From: Scyliorhinus canicula
Taxonomy: Eukaryota
Reading direction: 5' to 3'
Length of the DNA: 64,000 bases
Assembly: GCF_902713615.1 (NCBI RefSeq)
Contig: NC_052151.1
Coordinates: forward strand, 205,191,974-205,255,973
The position numbers and the translations under genes are program-made. Position 1 is the first letter of the stretch. Every line of letters starts with the position of its first letter. The notes under the pieces are model-generated. The model ran no database searches and was not told where the DNA came from. It saw only the letters and a program-made list of their open reading frames with translations. Shown in pieces: positions 37,631 to 49,600 of the stretch.

Positions 37631-38384
37631 TCCAGTCAATTTAGCCCCTTAATTTCTACAATATTATATCTTTACTCTTACTGGTTTATTTAAGTTCCTC
37701 ATTCCTGTCAGATCCGTTTGATTCTGTATAAATTACACCCTCTGCTTTGGGGCCGATAAACATAGAACATAGAACAGTACAGCACAGAACACCCCCCAAA
37801 TGATTTCTGCCACTTGTTGTTTCTGAGCTCCTTCTTCTTGAAAGGAGATTATCCTTTCTCTCTGTCTTTATCCAAAGATTTCTTATCAGGGATCCTGCCT
37901 CCTTTTTCATTCTTTCTGTCTTTTAAAAAATTAAACGTCCTGCAAGAATTAGTTTCTAATGGGTGGCAGTGATTACCACTGGTGCCTCACAGCGTCAGGG
38001 TCCGATTTCTGCCTTGGGTGACTGTGTGGAATTTGCATATTCTCCCCATGTGCGTGGGTTTCCTCAGGGTGCTCTGTTTTCCTTCCACAGTCCAAAGGTG
38101 TGCAGGATAGGTGAGTTGCAGATAGGTCAATGGGTGTGGGCCTATGTTGGGTGCACTTTTCAGCGGGTCAGTGCAGACTCTGGCCGAATGACCCCTTCTG
38201 CACTGCAGGGACTATGGAAAACAACTCTATGGAAAACATTGGTCACTTTACAGCCATGTAATAATAATAATCTTTATTCGTGTCACAAGTAGGCTTACAT
38301 TACCAATGCAATGAAGTTAGTCTAGAAATCCCCTAGTCGCCAGACTACGGCGCCTGTCCAGGTACACTGAAGGAGAATTCAGAA

Positions 38385-38775
38385 TGAGGGGCGATCTCAT
38401 AGAGGCTTATAAAATTTTAACAGGACTAGACAGGGCAGATGTAGGGAAGATGTTACCAATGATGGGCGTGTCCAGAATCAGGGGTCACAGCCTGAAGATT
38501 CAGGGTAAACCATTTTGGACAGATATAAGGAGATATATCTTCACACAAAGAGTGGTGAGCTTGTGGAATTCATTACCACAGGAAGTAGTTGATGCAAAAA
38601 CTTTGAATATATTCAAAAGGCGGCTGGATATAGCATTTAAGGAGAATGGGATCAAAGGCTATGGGGAGAAAGCAGGATTAGGTTATTGAGTTGGATAATC
38701 AGCCATGATCGTGATGAATGATGGAGCAAGCTCGAAGGGCCAATAGGCCTCCTGCTCCTATCTTCTGTGTATCTG
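38385..38775 (+). mobile_element. CR1 3' fragment
   Basis: MRGDLIEAYKIL..RVVSLWNSLP. Confidence 0.8.
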
Positions 38776-38827
38776 TCATAGAATTGAATCATACAATTTA
38801 TGCACGTATGGCCATTAATACAATTAA

Positions 38828-39140
38828 TGGCCGGAGGAGGCCATTCGGCCCATCGAGTCTGCACCGGCTCTTGGAAAGAGCACCCCACTCAAGCTCACAC
38901 CTCCACCCTATCCCCGCAACCCAGTAACCCCACTTAACCTTTTTGGACACTAAGGGTAATTTAGCATGGCCAATCCACCTAACCCGCACGCCTTTGGACT
39001 GTGGGAGGAAACCGTAGCACCCTGAGGAAGCCCACGCAGACACAGGGAGAATGTGCAGACTGCACACAGACAATGATCCAAGCCGGGAATCAAACCTGGC
39101 ACCCTGGAGCTGTGAAGCAACTGTGCTAACCACTGTGCTC
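38828..39140 (-). mobile_element. V-SINE, tail A
   Basis: Head, V-domain, tail. Confidence 0.8.
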
Positions 39141-40459
39141 TCTGTATCGATGTTCACCAGTACCGTTGTTATGTTCCCTGGCCATTGGGCACCTCCGGGT
39201 TGAGAGTCTCATGGACACAGAGAATATGTTAGAATTGACCCTGCAGTTTGAGAGGGAGAAGCTGCAATCAGATGTGACGGTATTACAATTAAAAAAGGGC
39301 AACTACAAAGACATGAGGTCGGAGCTGGCCAGAGTTGATTGGAAAAGGAGCAGGGAATACAGTGGAATAGCAAAGGCAGGACTTTTTGGGGGTTATTCGG
39401 GAGGCACAGCAGAAATTCATCCCAAGGAGAAGAAAACATGCCAAGAGGAAGATGAGATGTCCATGGCTGACAAGGGAAGTAAAGGGAAGACAGCATAAAG
39501 GCAAAAGAAAAAGCATACAAGATCGCGAGGATTAGTGGTAAGCCAAGGGATTGGGAAGCTTTTAAAAGCGAGCTCAAAAAGCAATAAGGGGGGAGAAGAT
39601 GAAATATGACTGTAGATAGCTAGTAATATAAAAAAAGAAAGCAAGTTTTTTTTCAGTATATTAACGGCAAGAAGAGATATTGGACCACTAGAAAATGAGG
39701 CTGGAGAAGTCGTAATCAGTAACAAAGAATTGGCAAATGACTGAATAGTTACTTTGCATCAGTCTTCACAATGGAAGACACCAGTGGGATACCAGAACTT
39801 CAGGAGAATTAGGGTGGAGGTGAGTGTAGTGGCCATCATGAAGGAGAAGGATCTGGGGAAACTGAAAGGTCTGAAGGTGGATGAATCACCTGGACCAGAT
39901 GGAATACATCCCAGAGTTCTAAAGAGAGATCGCTAAGGAGATTGTGGGGGCATTGGTGGTGATCTTTCAGGAATCACTGGAGGCAGGGAGGGTCCCAGAG
40001 GACTGGATATGACACTGCTGTTTAAGAAGGGAAGGAGTCAGAAGATGGGAAATTCTAGGCCGGTTAGCCTGACTTCTGTCATTGGTAAAATGTTAGAGTC
40101 CATTATGAACGATGAGATTGCGGAGTATTTGGAAGTGCATGATGAAATATGACTGAGTCAGCATCGCTTCGTCAAGGGCAGGTCATGTCTGATAAATCTC
40201 TTAGAATTCTTTGAGGAGGTAACAAGGAAGTTAGATAAAGGAGAACCAGTGGATGTGATCTATTTAGATTTCCAGAAAGTTTTTGACACGGTTCTGTACA
40301 GGAGGCTGTTAATACATTAAGAATCCATGGTGTTAAGGGTAAGAAACTGGCATGGATAGAGGGTTGACTGACTGGCAGAAGACAGAGAGTGGGGATTAAG
40401 GGTTCTTTTTCATGATGGCAGCCAGTGGCCTGTGTTGGGACCACAACTTTTCACAACAT

Positions 40460-40684
40460 GGGAAGCACGGTGGCCTAGTGGTTAGCACAACCGCCTCACG
40501 GCGCTGAGGTCCCAGGTTCGATCCCGGCTCTGGGTCTCTGTCCGTGTGGAGTTTGTACATTCTCCCCCGTGTCTGCGTGGGTTTCACCCCCACAACCCAA
40601 AAATGTGCAGAGTATGTGGATTGGCCACGCTAAATTGCCCCTTAATTGGAAAAAATAATTGGGTAATCTAAATTTTTTAAAAAA
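40460..40684 (+). mobile_element. short V-SINE (type C)
   Basis: 15-bp TSD aacttttcacaacat. Confidence 0.85.
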
Positions 40685-40702
40685 CTTTTCACAACATACA
40701 TT

Positions 40703-43700
40703 TTTTTTTCAAATAATTTTTATTGAAAATTTTTTACCAAGTATATAACAACAAACAGTAACAAGCAACAATAAAACAACATAACAAGCATAACACCCCC
40801 AAGACCGTAGCAACGCATATATCGAACCCCCCCCCACCCCCCCAAACCCAGTAAACAACAGGAGAACTTGAAAATAAATTAAAATTAAATAAACATAGTC
40901 AACCCCTTTCCCCCCCTCCCCCGGGTTGCTGCTGCTGACCCAGTTCCCTATCGCTGAGCCAGAAAGTCGAGGAAAGGCTGCCACCGCCTAAAGAACCCTT
41001 GTACCGATCCTCACAGGGTGAATTTGGCCTTCTCCAGCTTAATATAACCCGCCATGTCATTGATCCAGGTCTCCACGCTTGGGGGTCTCGCATCCTTCCA
41101 CTGTAGCACGATCCTCCGCCGGGCTACTAGGGACGCAAAGGCCAAAACACCGGCCTCTCTCGCCTCCTGCACTCCCGGCTCCACCGCAACCCCAAAAATT
41201 GCGAGTCCCCAGCCTGGCTTGACCCTGGATCCTACCACCCTCGACACCGTCTTCGGCACCCCCTTCCAGAACCTCCTGCATCAGATACCTTCCCATCCCC
41301 GACGCAGACCCCCGAAAGCACCCTGTCCCTCACACCCCCTCGCGGGAAGCAAAGGGAATCCCTCCACCTGCCGCCTAGCAAACGCCTTTACCTGCAGGTA
41401 CCTGAACATGTTCCCCGAGGGGAGCTCAAATTTCTCCTCCAACTCTCCCAGGCTCGCAAACCTCCCATCAATCAACAGGTCCCTCAGCTTTCTGATACCC
41501 GCTCTGTGCCAACCCTGGAACCACCCATCAATGTTCCCTGGGACGAACCGATGGTTCCTCCTTAGCGGAGCCTCCATCGAGCCCCCCACTTCCCCCCCAT
41601 GTCGCCTCCACTGCCCCCAAATCTTGAGGGCAGCCGCCACCACCGGACTCGTGGTATACCTCGTAGGAGGGAGCGGCAACGGTGCCGTTACCAGGGCCCC
41701 CAGGCTTGTGCCTCCACAGGACGCCATCTCCAGTCTTTTCCAGGCTGCCCCCTCCATCATCCACTTGCGCACCATCGACACATTGGCCGCCCAATAATAC
41801 CCCGAGAGATTGGGTAACGCCAGCCCCTCACCATCTCTACCCCGCTCCAAGAAGACTCTCTTCACCCTCGGGGTCATATGCGCCCAAACAAAGCTCATGA
41901 TGCTGCTAGTCGCCTTCCTGAAAAAGGCCCTAGTGATAAAGATGGGCAAACACTGAAAAGGAACAAGAACCTCAGGAGCACCGTCATTTTGACGGACTGC
42001 ACTCTACCCGCCAGCGATAGCGGCACCATGTCCCACCTTTTAAATTCCTCCTCCATCTGCTCCACAAGCCTGGTAAAATTAAGCTTGTGGAGAGTCCCCC
42101 AACTCCTGGCCACCTGCACCCCCAGGTACCTAAAACTCTTCACTGCCCTTTTAAACGGGAACCTACCAATTCCCTCCTCCTGATCACCCGGGTGCACTAC
42201 AAATACCTCGCTCTTGCCCAAATTCAGCTTATAGCCCGAGAAGCCCCCAAACGCAGCCAACAGCTCCATCACCCCAGGCATTCCCCCCACTAGGTCTGCC
42301 ACATACAGCAGCAGGTCGTCCGCATACAGCGATACCCGATGTTCCTCCCCACCCCGCACCAGACCCCTCCACCTCCCCGGCTCCCTCAACGCCATAGCCA
42401 GAGGTTCAATTGCCAGTGCAAAAAGTAAAGGGGACGGGGGCACCCCTGCCTGGTCCCACGGTAGAGCCTGAAGTACTCTGACCTCCTTCCATTAGTAACT
42501 ATACTCTCCATCGGGGCCTCATAAAGCAACCTCACCCATTTGAAGAACCCCTCCCCAAATCCAAACCTCTCCAGCACCTCCCACAGTACCCCCACTCAAC
42601 TCTATCAAAGGCCTTCTCTGCATCTCGCGCCACCACTATCTCCACCTCCCCCTCAACCGCCGGCATCATAATAACATTTAACAACCTCCGCACATTCGTG
42701 TTAAGCTGTCTTCCCTTGACAAATCCTGTCTGATCCTCGTGTATCACCCTGGCACACAGTCCTCTATCCTGGTGGCCAGGATCTTCGCCAGCAACTTAGC
42801 ATCCACATTGAGGAGCGAGATTGGCCTGTATGATCCACACTGCAGGGGGTCCTAATCCCGCTTCAGGATCAAAGAAATCAGCGCCCGTGACATCGTCGGG
42901 GGCAAGGCCCCCCCCCATGCCTCATTGAAGGCCAGCACCAACAGGGGGCCCACCAGGTGCGCATACTTTTTATAAAATTCCACCGGGAACCCATCCGGCC
43001 CCGGCGCCTTCCCTGACTGCATTTGACCAATCCCCCTGACTAGCTCCAACTTAATCGGCGCCCCCAGCCCCTCCACCAACTCCTCCTGCACCTTTGGGAA
43101 ATGTAGCCTGATCATAAAGCTCTCCACCCCCCACCGGTGGCTCCGACCGGTACAGTTCCTCGTAAAAGTCCCTAAAGACCCCGTTCATCTCTGCCCCCTT
43201 CCGCACCACATTCCCACCCTTATCCATCACTCCACCAATTTCCCTAGCCGCATCCCGCCTGCGGAGCTGATGTGCCAGCATCCTACTCGCCTTCTCCCCA
43301 TACTCATAAACCGCGCCTTCCTCCACTGTGTCTCCTCCTATCTGGTGGTCAGCAAGTCGAACTTGGCCTGCAAGCTACGCCGTTCCCCCAACAATCCCTC
43401 CTCCGGGGCTTCCGCATACCTCCTATCCACATCTGGGAGCTTCCCCACCAGTCTCTCCCTCTCCCTCCTCTCCTTCCTTTCCCTATGGGCCCGGATGGAA
43501 ACCAGCTCTCCCCGGATCACTGCCCTCAGAGCCTCCCAAACCATCCCCACCCGGACCTCCCCCGTATCGTTGGTCTCAAGATACCCCTCAATACTTCCCC
43601 GGACCCTCCTACACACCTCATCAGCCAGCAACCCCACGTCCTGACGCCACAGCGGGCGCTGGTCCCGCACCTCCCCCATCTCCAGATCGACGCAGTGCGG

Positions 43701-43984
43701 AGCATGGTCTGAAATTGCTATGGTCGAATACTCGACATCCTCCACCCTCGGAATCAATCCCCTGCTCAGGACGAAAAAATCTATTCGGGAGTAAACCCTA
43801 TACACATGGGAGAAAAAGGAATACTCCCGCGACCTCGGCCTCCCAAACCTCCTGGGATCCACCCCTCCCATCTGGTCCATAAACCCCCTCAGCACCTTGG
43901 CCGCCGCCGGCCTCCTACCTGTCCTTGAACTGGACCGGTCTAGTGGGGGATCCAGCACCGTGTTAAAGTCTCCCGCCATGATTT
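40703..43984 (-). mobile_element. 5'-truncated L1-clade LINE, same subfamily as 49316-55780
   Basis: GDFN, SRIDFF, SDHAP, GPDGFP, YADDLL; 12-bp TSD acaacatacatt; internal deletion near 41275. Confidence 0.92.
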
Positions 43985-44345
43985 ACAACATACATTAACG
44001 AATGGAATAAGCAACTGAGGGTGTTTGTGCTAAGTTTGCAGATGTTACAAAGTTATGCAGAGGATCAAGCAGTATTGAGGAAGCAGGCGGGCTGCAGAAG
44101 GACTTGGACAGGCTAGAAGAGTTGGCAGATGGAATACAATGTGGAAAAGTGTGAGGTTATGTAGTTTGGTTGGAAGAATGGAGGCATAGACTATTTTCTA
44201 ATTGGGTAAAGTGCAGTTTTGGGCCCTGTATCTAAGGAAGGATATGCTGGCCTTAGGAAAGGTCCAGAGGAGGTTCACAAAAAGATCTCTGTTATGAAGA
44301 GCTTGTCATGTGAGGAGCATTTGAGGACTCTGGAGTTTAGAAGGA

Positions 44346-44697
44346 CATAGAACATAGAACATAGAACAGTACTGCACAGAACAGGCCCTTCGGCCCTCAA
44401 TGTTGTGCCGAGCCATGATCACCCTACTCAAACCCACGTATCCATCCCATACCCGCAACCCAACAACCCCCCCCTTAACCCTACCCTTATTAGGACACTA
44501 CGGGCAATTTACCATGGCCAATCCACCTAACCCGCACATTTTTGGACTGTGGGAGGAAACCGGAGCACCCGGAGGAAACCCACGCACACAGGGGGAGGAC
44601 GTGCAGACTCCACACAGACAGTGACCCAGCCGGGAATCGAACCTGGGACCCTGGAGCTGTGAAGCATTTATGCTAGCACCATGCTACCCTGCTGCCC
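44346..44697 (-). mobile_element. V-SINE, tail A2
   Basis: Full element with short TSD aagga. Confidence 0.85.
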
Positions 44698-45289
44698 AAG
44701 GATGCGGGGGGATCTTATTGAAACTTATAGGATACTGCGAGGCTTGGACATGGGGACATTGAGAGGATATTTCCACTAGTAGGAAAAACTAGAACCTGAG
44801 GGCACAGCTTTTTACTGAAGGGATGATTCTTTAAAACAGAGATGAGGAGGAATGTCTTCAGCCAGAGGGTGGTGAATCTGTGGAACTCTGCCTCAGGCGA
44901 ATGTGGAGTTCAAATCACTGAGTGCCTTTAAGACAGAGATAGATAGATCTTGATTAGTAAGAGGATCGCCGTAATGTGGCGACTAGGGGCTTTTCACAAT
45001 AACTTCATTGCAGTGTTAATGTAAGCCTACTTCTGACAATAACGATTATTATCAGGGGTTATGGGGGGAAGGCCGGCAAATGGGGATGAGAACCAAATCA
45101 GCCATGACTGAATGGCCGAGCAGACATGATGGACTGCATAGCCTAATTCTGCTGTTATGTCTCATGGTCTTACGGGAATCGCATTCAGGTTCAAGTTCCT
45201 TTGCTTCTGTTTGGAACTTGATGCTGAGCTTTGCTCCTTTTTGTTTGATGGAACTACATTTTTGTGGAAACAGGAGGGGAACAATGTTC

Positions 45290-45537
45290 CATGTGGAGTC
45301 TGCACGTTCTCCCTGTGTCTGCGTGACTTTCCTCTGGGTGCTCCGGTTTCCTTCTCCTCTGGGTGCTCCGGGTTCCTTCCACAAGTCCTGAAAATGTGCT
45401 GGTAGGTAATTTGGATATTCAGAATTCTCCCTCAGTGTACCTGAACAGGCGTTGGAATGTGGCGACTAGGGGCTTTTCACAGTAATTTCATCACAGTGTT
45501 AATGTAAGCCGACTTGTGACAATAATGATTATTATTG
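45290..45537 (+). mobile_element. 5'-truncated V-SINE, tail B
   Basis: V-domain and tail B. Confidence 0.75.
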
Positions 45538-45918
45538 TTAGAAATGTTAATTGTCTGTTCTAAATTTCTATCCTGTACTGACAGCGATATCATCTGTGAA
45601 CTTCCTTTCCAGGTTCTTGGAAGCAGAGGAGTCCTAGACAGAAACTCAAACCAAAAACACATCCAAGGATTTTGAATGTGGAAGGAGATATTCTGTCTGT
45701 TCTGTTTGAGAAAAGTTTTCAAACATCAGTGTGACTGGAAAAGTCCTGAGACACCCACACCTGAAAGAGATTTTCCAGTACAATGATTGTGGAAAGAGCT
45801 TTAACCAGTTACACAGCCTGACACCATTCACAGTCTCGAGAAACCATACATGTGTTGTATGTGTGGACAAGGATTCAACTGATTGTTCAACCTGGAGAAA
45901 CACAAGAAAACCCGCTTC

Positions 45919-46422
45919 ATGAAGAAACTGCTGAAATGTTCAGATTGTAGGAAGGGATTCAAATCTCCATCTCAGCTGAAAATTCATCGACGCACTCACA
46001 CTGCGGAGAGACCATTCACCTGCTCTGTGTGTGGTAAAGGATTTGCTCGGGCATTTAATCTAGTGTCACACAAGCAGGTTCACACTGAGGAGAGACCTTT
46101 TGAATGTTCGGACTGTGAGAAAAGCTTTAAGAGCAATGTGGGGTTGATTCAACACCAGCAGGTTCACACCGATGAGAGACCTTTTGAATGTTGTGACTGT
46201 GAAAAAAGTTTTAAGAATTTTGGGGGTTTAATTCAACACCAGAAAGTTCACTCTGAGGACAGACCTTTTCAATGCTCTGTCTGTGAAAAGTATTTTAAGA
46301 GCTCTGGTGGTTTAGTTCAACATAAGCAAGTTCACTCTGAGGAAAGACCATTTGAATGCACTGACTGTGGGAAGTGTTTTAAGAGCAACGAGGGTTTAAT
46401 TCAACATGAACAAGTTCACTGA
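45919..46422 (+). CDS. C2H2 zinc-finger ORF, 6 intact fingers, ended by a frameshift-derived stop
   Basis: ATG MKKLLKC positionally equivalent to MEKPWKC; acceptor cttcctttccag| at 45612; may be a pseudogene. Confidence 0.65.
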   Translation: MKKLLKCSDCRKGFKSPSQLKIHRRTHTAERPFTCSVCGKGFARAFNLVSHKQVHTEERPFECSDCEKSFKSNVGLIQHQQVHTDERPFECCDCEKSFKNFGGLIQHQKVHSEDRPFQCSVCEKYFKSSGGLVQHKQVHSEERPFECTDCGKCFKSNEGLIQHEQVH

Positions 46423-48012
46423 GGGGAGACATTTTATTGCGTTGACTGTGGGAAGAGCTTTAAGAGCTGTGAGGGTTTAATTCAACACTAAGAAGTTCAC
46501 AATGAGGAGAGACTGTTGAGCTGCTCTCAGTGTGGGAAGTTGTTCAGGGAATTACCTCACCTCACTAAATATCTGCGTGTTCCCACTGGGGACAGTCCCT
46601 TTACTTGCCCTATGTATGGGAAGGGATTCGCTTGGTCTTTGCACCTCACTGAACATAACCGGGGAGATCATTCAGCTGCTCGGAGTGTGGGAAGATGTTC
46701 CAGCAGTATTCCGGCCTTACGAAAGACGAGGATGTTCACTTTGGCAAAGACGTGCAGGAAAGGATTCACTGCTTCACCTCATCTCAGTGAACACCAGCAT
46801 ATTCACACTGGGCAGAGACTATTCACCGGCTCCTTGTTTGTGGAAATGATTCACTCAGTCATCGCAGCGCAGTAAACAGCAACTTGTTCACACTGAGAAG
46901 GAACAGTGTAAATGCTGTGACTGTCGGAAGATGTTAAAATCAGAGGGATTCTGCTGAGACACAAATTAGCTCATACTGGGGAGAGGCTATCAACATCCTG
47001 GTTTAGCATTGACCAGAAACTGAACTGGACTAAACATATAAAAACCATGACGACAAAAGTAGGTGAGAGGGTAGGAATCCTGTGGCGAGTAACTCGGCTC
47101 CTAACTCCTCAAAGCCTGTCCACCATCTCAAAAGCACCAGTCAGGAGTGTGATGGAATACTCTCCCCTTGTCTGGATGAGTTCAGTTCCAACAACACTCG
47201 AGATACTTGACACCCAGGACTGGTTCATTTACACCCCATCCACAAACAGTCACTCCTTCCACCACTGACACAATTGCAGCCGTGAATACCATCTACAAAA
47301 TGCACTCTAAGAACTCACTGAGGTTCCTCTGGTGGCACATTCCAAACCCACGGCCACTACTATCTACAAGGGCAGCAGGCATATGGGAATACCACCTCCT
47401 GAAAGTTCCCCTCCAAGCCAGTCACCACCCAGACTTTGAAACTTATCACCATTCCTTCACTGTCACTGGGTCAAAATCCTGGAACACTCTCCCTACCGGC
47501 ACAGAGGGTGTACCGAAGCCACATGGACTGAAGCGGCTTCTGAAGGCAGCTCAACACCATCATTCCAAGGCAATTTGGGATGGCCATAAAATTCTGACCT
47601 AGCCAGTGAACCCCATATTTGTTGAATAGATTAAAAAAGGCTGTTCAACTGCTGTGTGAGGGGCAAGGCATTAACTTGTTTAAGCGTCTGCATTTCACAT
47701 CAACTTGTTCACACTGATAAACAGGGATTAAATGTTCTGACTGATATGTTGAGACACCAGTGCACTCGCACTGGATAAATGTTGTTCATCTCTGTGTGGG
47801 GGGGAAGGGATTTGCTCAGTCATTGCATCCCAGTAAACCAGCTGGTTCATATTGGTAAAAGTCAACTTAAATGTTTGGATTATGAGAAGAACTTTCAAAC
47901 TACAATTGATCTGCTGATTAACCAGTGTGCACTCACTGGAGGGAGACTGGGTACCTGTTCCCTCTGGAAAGTGATTGAACCTAATGTTTACCCTGCTGAG
48001 ACACCAGTGACT
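46423..48012 (+). pseudogene. decayed continuation of the zinc-finger array, split by a LINE
   Basis: HTGQR, HTGER, CGK remnants with stops and frameshifts; ends in caccagTGActgca, similar to the ZNF1 stop context. Confidence 0.8.
46990..47637 (+). mobile_element. CR1/L2-group LINE 3' fragment (same family as 27330-29350)
   Basis: IDQKLNW, RSVMEYSPLVWM; flanked by aggct on both sides. Confidence 0.8.
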
Positions 48013-48169
48013 GCATGTTTATATTGTGCTGATTTTGCTGCTGTGAATCACACGCAGGACTGAACCATGTTCATTCTGACGGTTGATGAAATCAGTTTGA
48101 GTCCAAGAGAACACTGATTGATGTCCTGTTACTGACTGTTCCTTTTTTGGATTTTTCTCCTTTTGTTAG

Positions 48170-48850
48170 TGGAAGATTTGTATTTATTTGGAGCCTTTCA
48201 CAACTTCAGAATGTCCCAAAGTGCTTCACAGCCAATGAGGCTCTTTTAAAATGCCGGCCCTGTTGTAGGAAATGCAGCCGTCAAATTGTGCAGCACATTC
48301 CCACCAATAGAAATGTTACTGAGGGCTGCACGGTGGCACAGTGGTTAGCATTGCTGCCTACGGCACTGAGGACCCAGGTTTGAATCCCGGCCCTGGGTCA
48401 CTGTCCGTGTGGAGTTTGTACATATTCCCGGTGTCTGCGTGGGTTTCACCCCCACAACTCAAAAAGAGGTGCAGGATAGGTGGATTGGCCACGCTAAATT
48501 GCCCCGTAATTGGAAAAAATGATTGGGTACTCTAAATATTTTTTTTTAAAGAAATGTTACTGTGATCAGAGAATCTGTTCAGTGATGTTCGTTGAGGGAT
48601 AAATATTAAGCCGGACAGTAAGGAGAACTCCCCTGCTCTTTACAATAACCTCATGTGAACTTTTACAACCTAATGAGGGGACAGGGAGCCATAGTTGAAG
48701 ATCTCACCTGTGAGATAAGACCTGTGACAGTGCAGGGCTCCCTCAGTAATGCATCAAAATAAAACCTGGATTTTATACTCATGTTTCTGGATGTGGATTT
48801 GAACCTACAACCTCCTGACAGAGAGATAGGAATGTGACCAGTGAGCCGCA
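48170..48850 (-). mobile_element. Deu-SINE-like element (SacSINE1/AmnSINE-like) with L2-type tail
   Basis: tRNA-like head (ggttcaaatcc B box on -), Deu-like core gcaggggagttctcc, tail gcactttgggac..gtgaaaggc..aaatacaa. Confidence 0.6.
48322..48550 (+). mobile_element. short V-SINE (type C)
   Basis: 13-bp TSD agaaatgttactg. Confidence 0.85.
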
Positions 48851-49600
48851 ACTAACACCTCATCATTACTCTGGACTATATCAGTTCTCATACCTATGGT
48901 TAGTCCGTGGACAAGTGTAAGATTTTAGTGCAGGAATCACAGAGGTTCAAATTCATCAGTAATTTGGAAGCATTTTATTAAGAAGCTGCAGTTTTGATAT
49001 CAGACATCAGCTAAATGAGGAAAAAGACATCCGGCCAGGAATGGGTTCACATAGTTCACTGGTCCGATTGGACAAATGGATAGAGGGAGGGAATGATGAC
49101 CTCCCTGGATGGAGGTGACAGTATCTTCAGAATGGTTTACTGATTCTGGAGCCAGGAGATACTGATCCGTGATTCCTCATCTGTTTTAAATGGGTGAGTC
49201 CTCACGAGTAAACATTGTCTCAACATTCACTCTGTCAGTACCCCTCGGGATCTTGTATGTTTCAATAAATTTGCTTCTTACTCTTCTACAATCCAGCAGA
49301 TACAAGCCCAGACTGTTTTTTTTAAAAAAATAATTTTTATTGGAATTTTTTACAGAAAATATAACAACAAGTATAGCAAAAAGCAGTAATATGCAACTAA
49401 CAACCCCATAACATCCACAATTCCCCCCATACCATAACATCACATGTATCACATTCCCCCCCCCCCAAACAAGAGAACTTAACCATAAATTAAAATTAGA
49501 TAAATCAAATTTAAATAAAATAAGCCAACATAATCAACGTCTCTCCCCCCCCCCCCCCCCCCCCCCCCCCCCGGGTTGCTGCTGCTACTGTCCCAGTACC

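Larger units (their letters stand above)
39200..45170 (+). mobile_element. decayed CR1 LINE split by a SINE, an L1 and further SINEs
   Basis: SPGPDGIHPRVLK; LGPQLFTxYIN continuous across 40459/43985; 3' tail near 45165. Confidence 0.8.
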
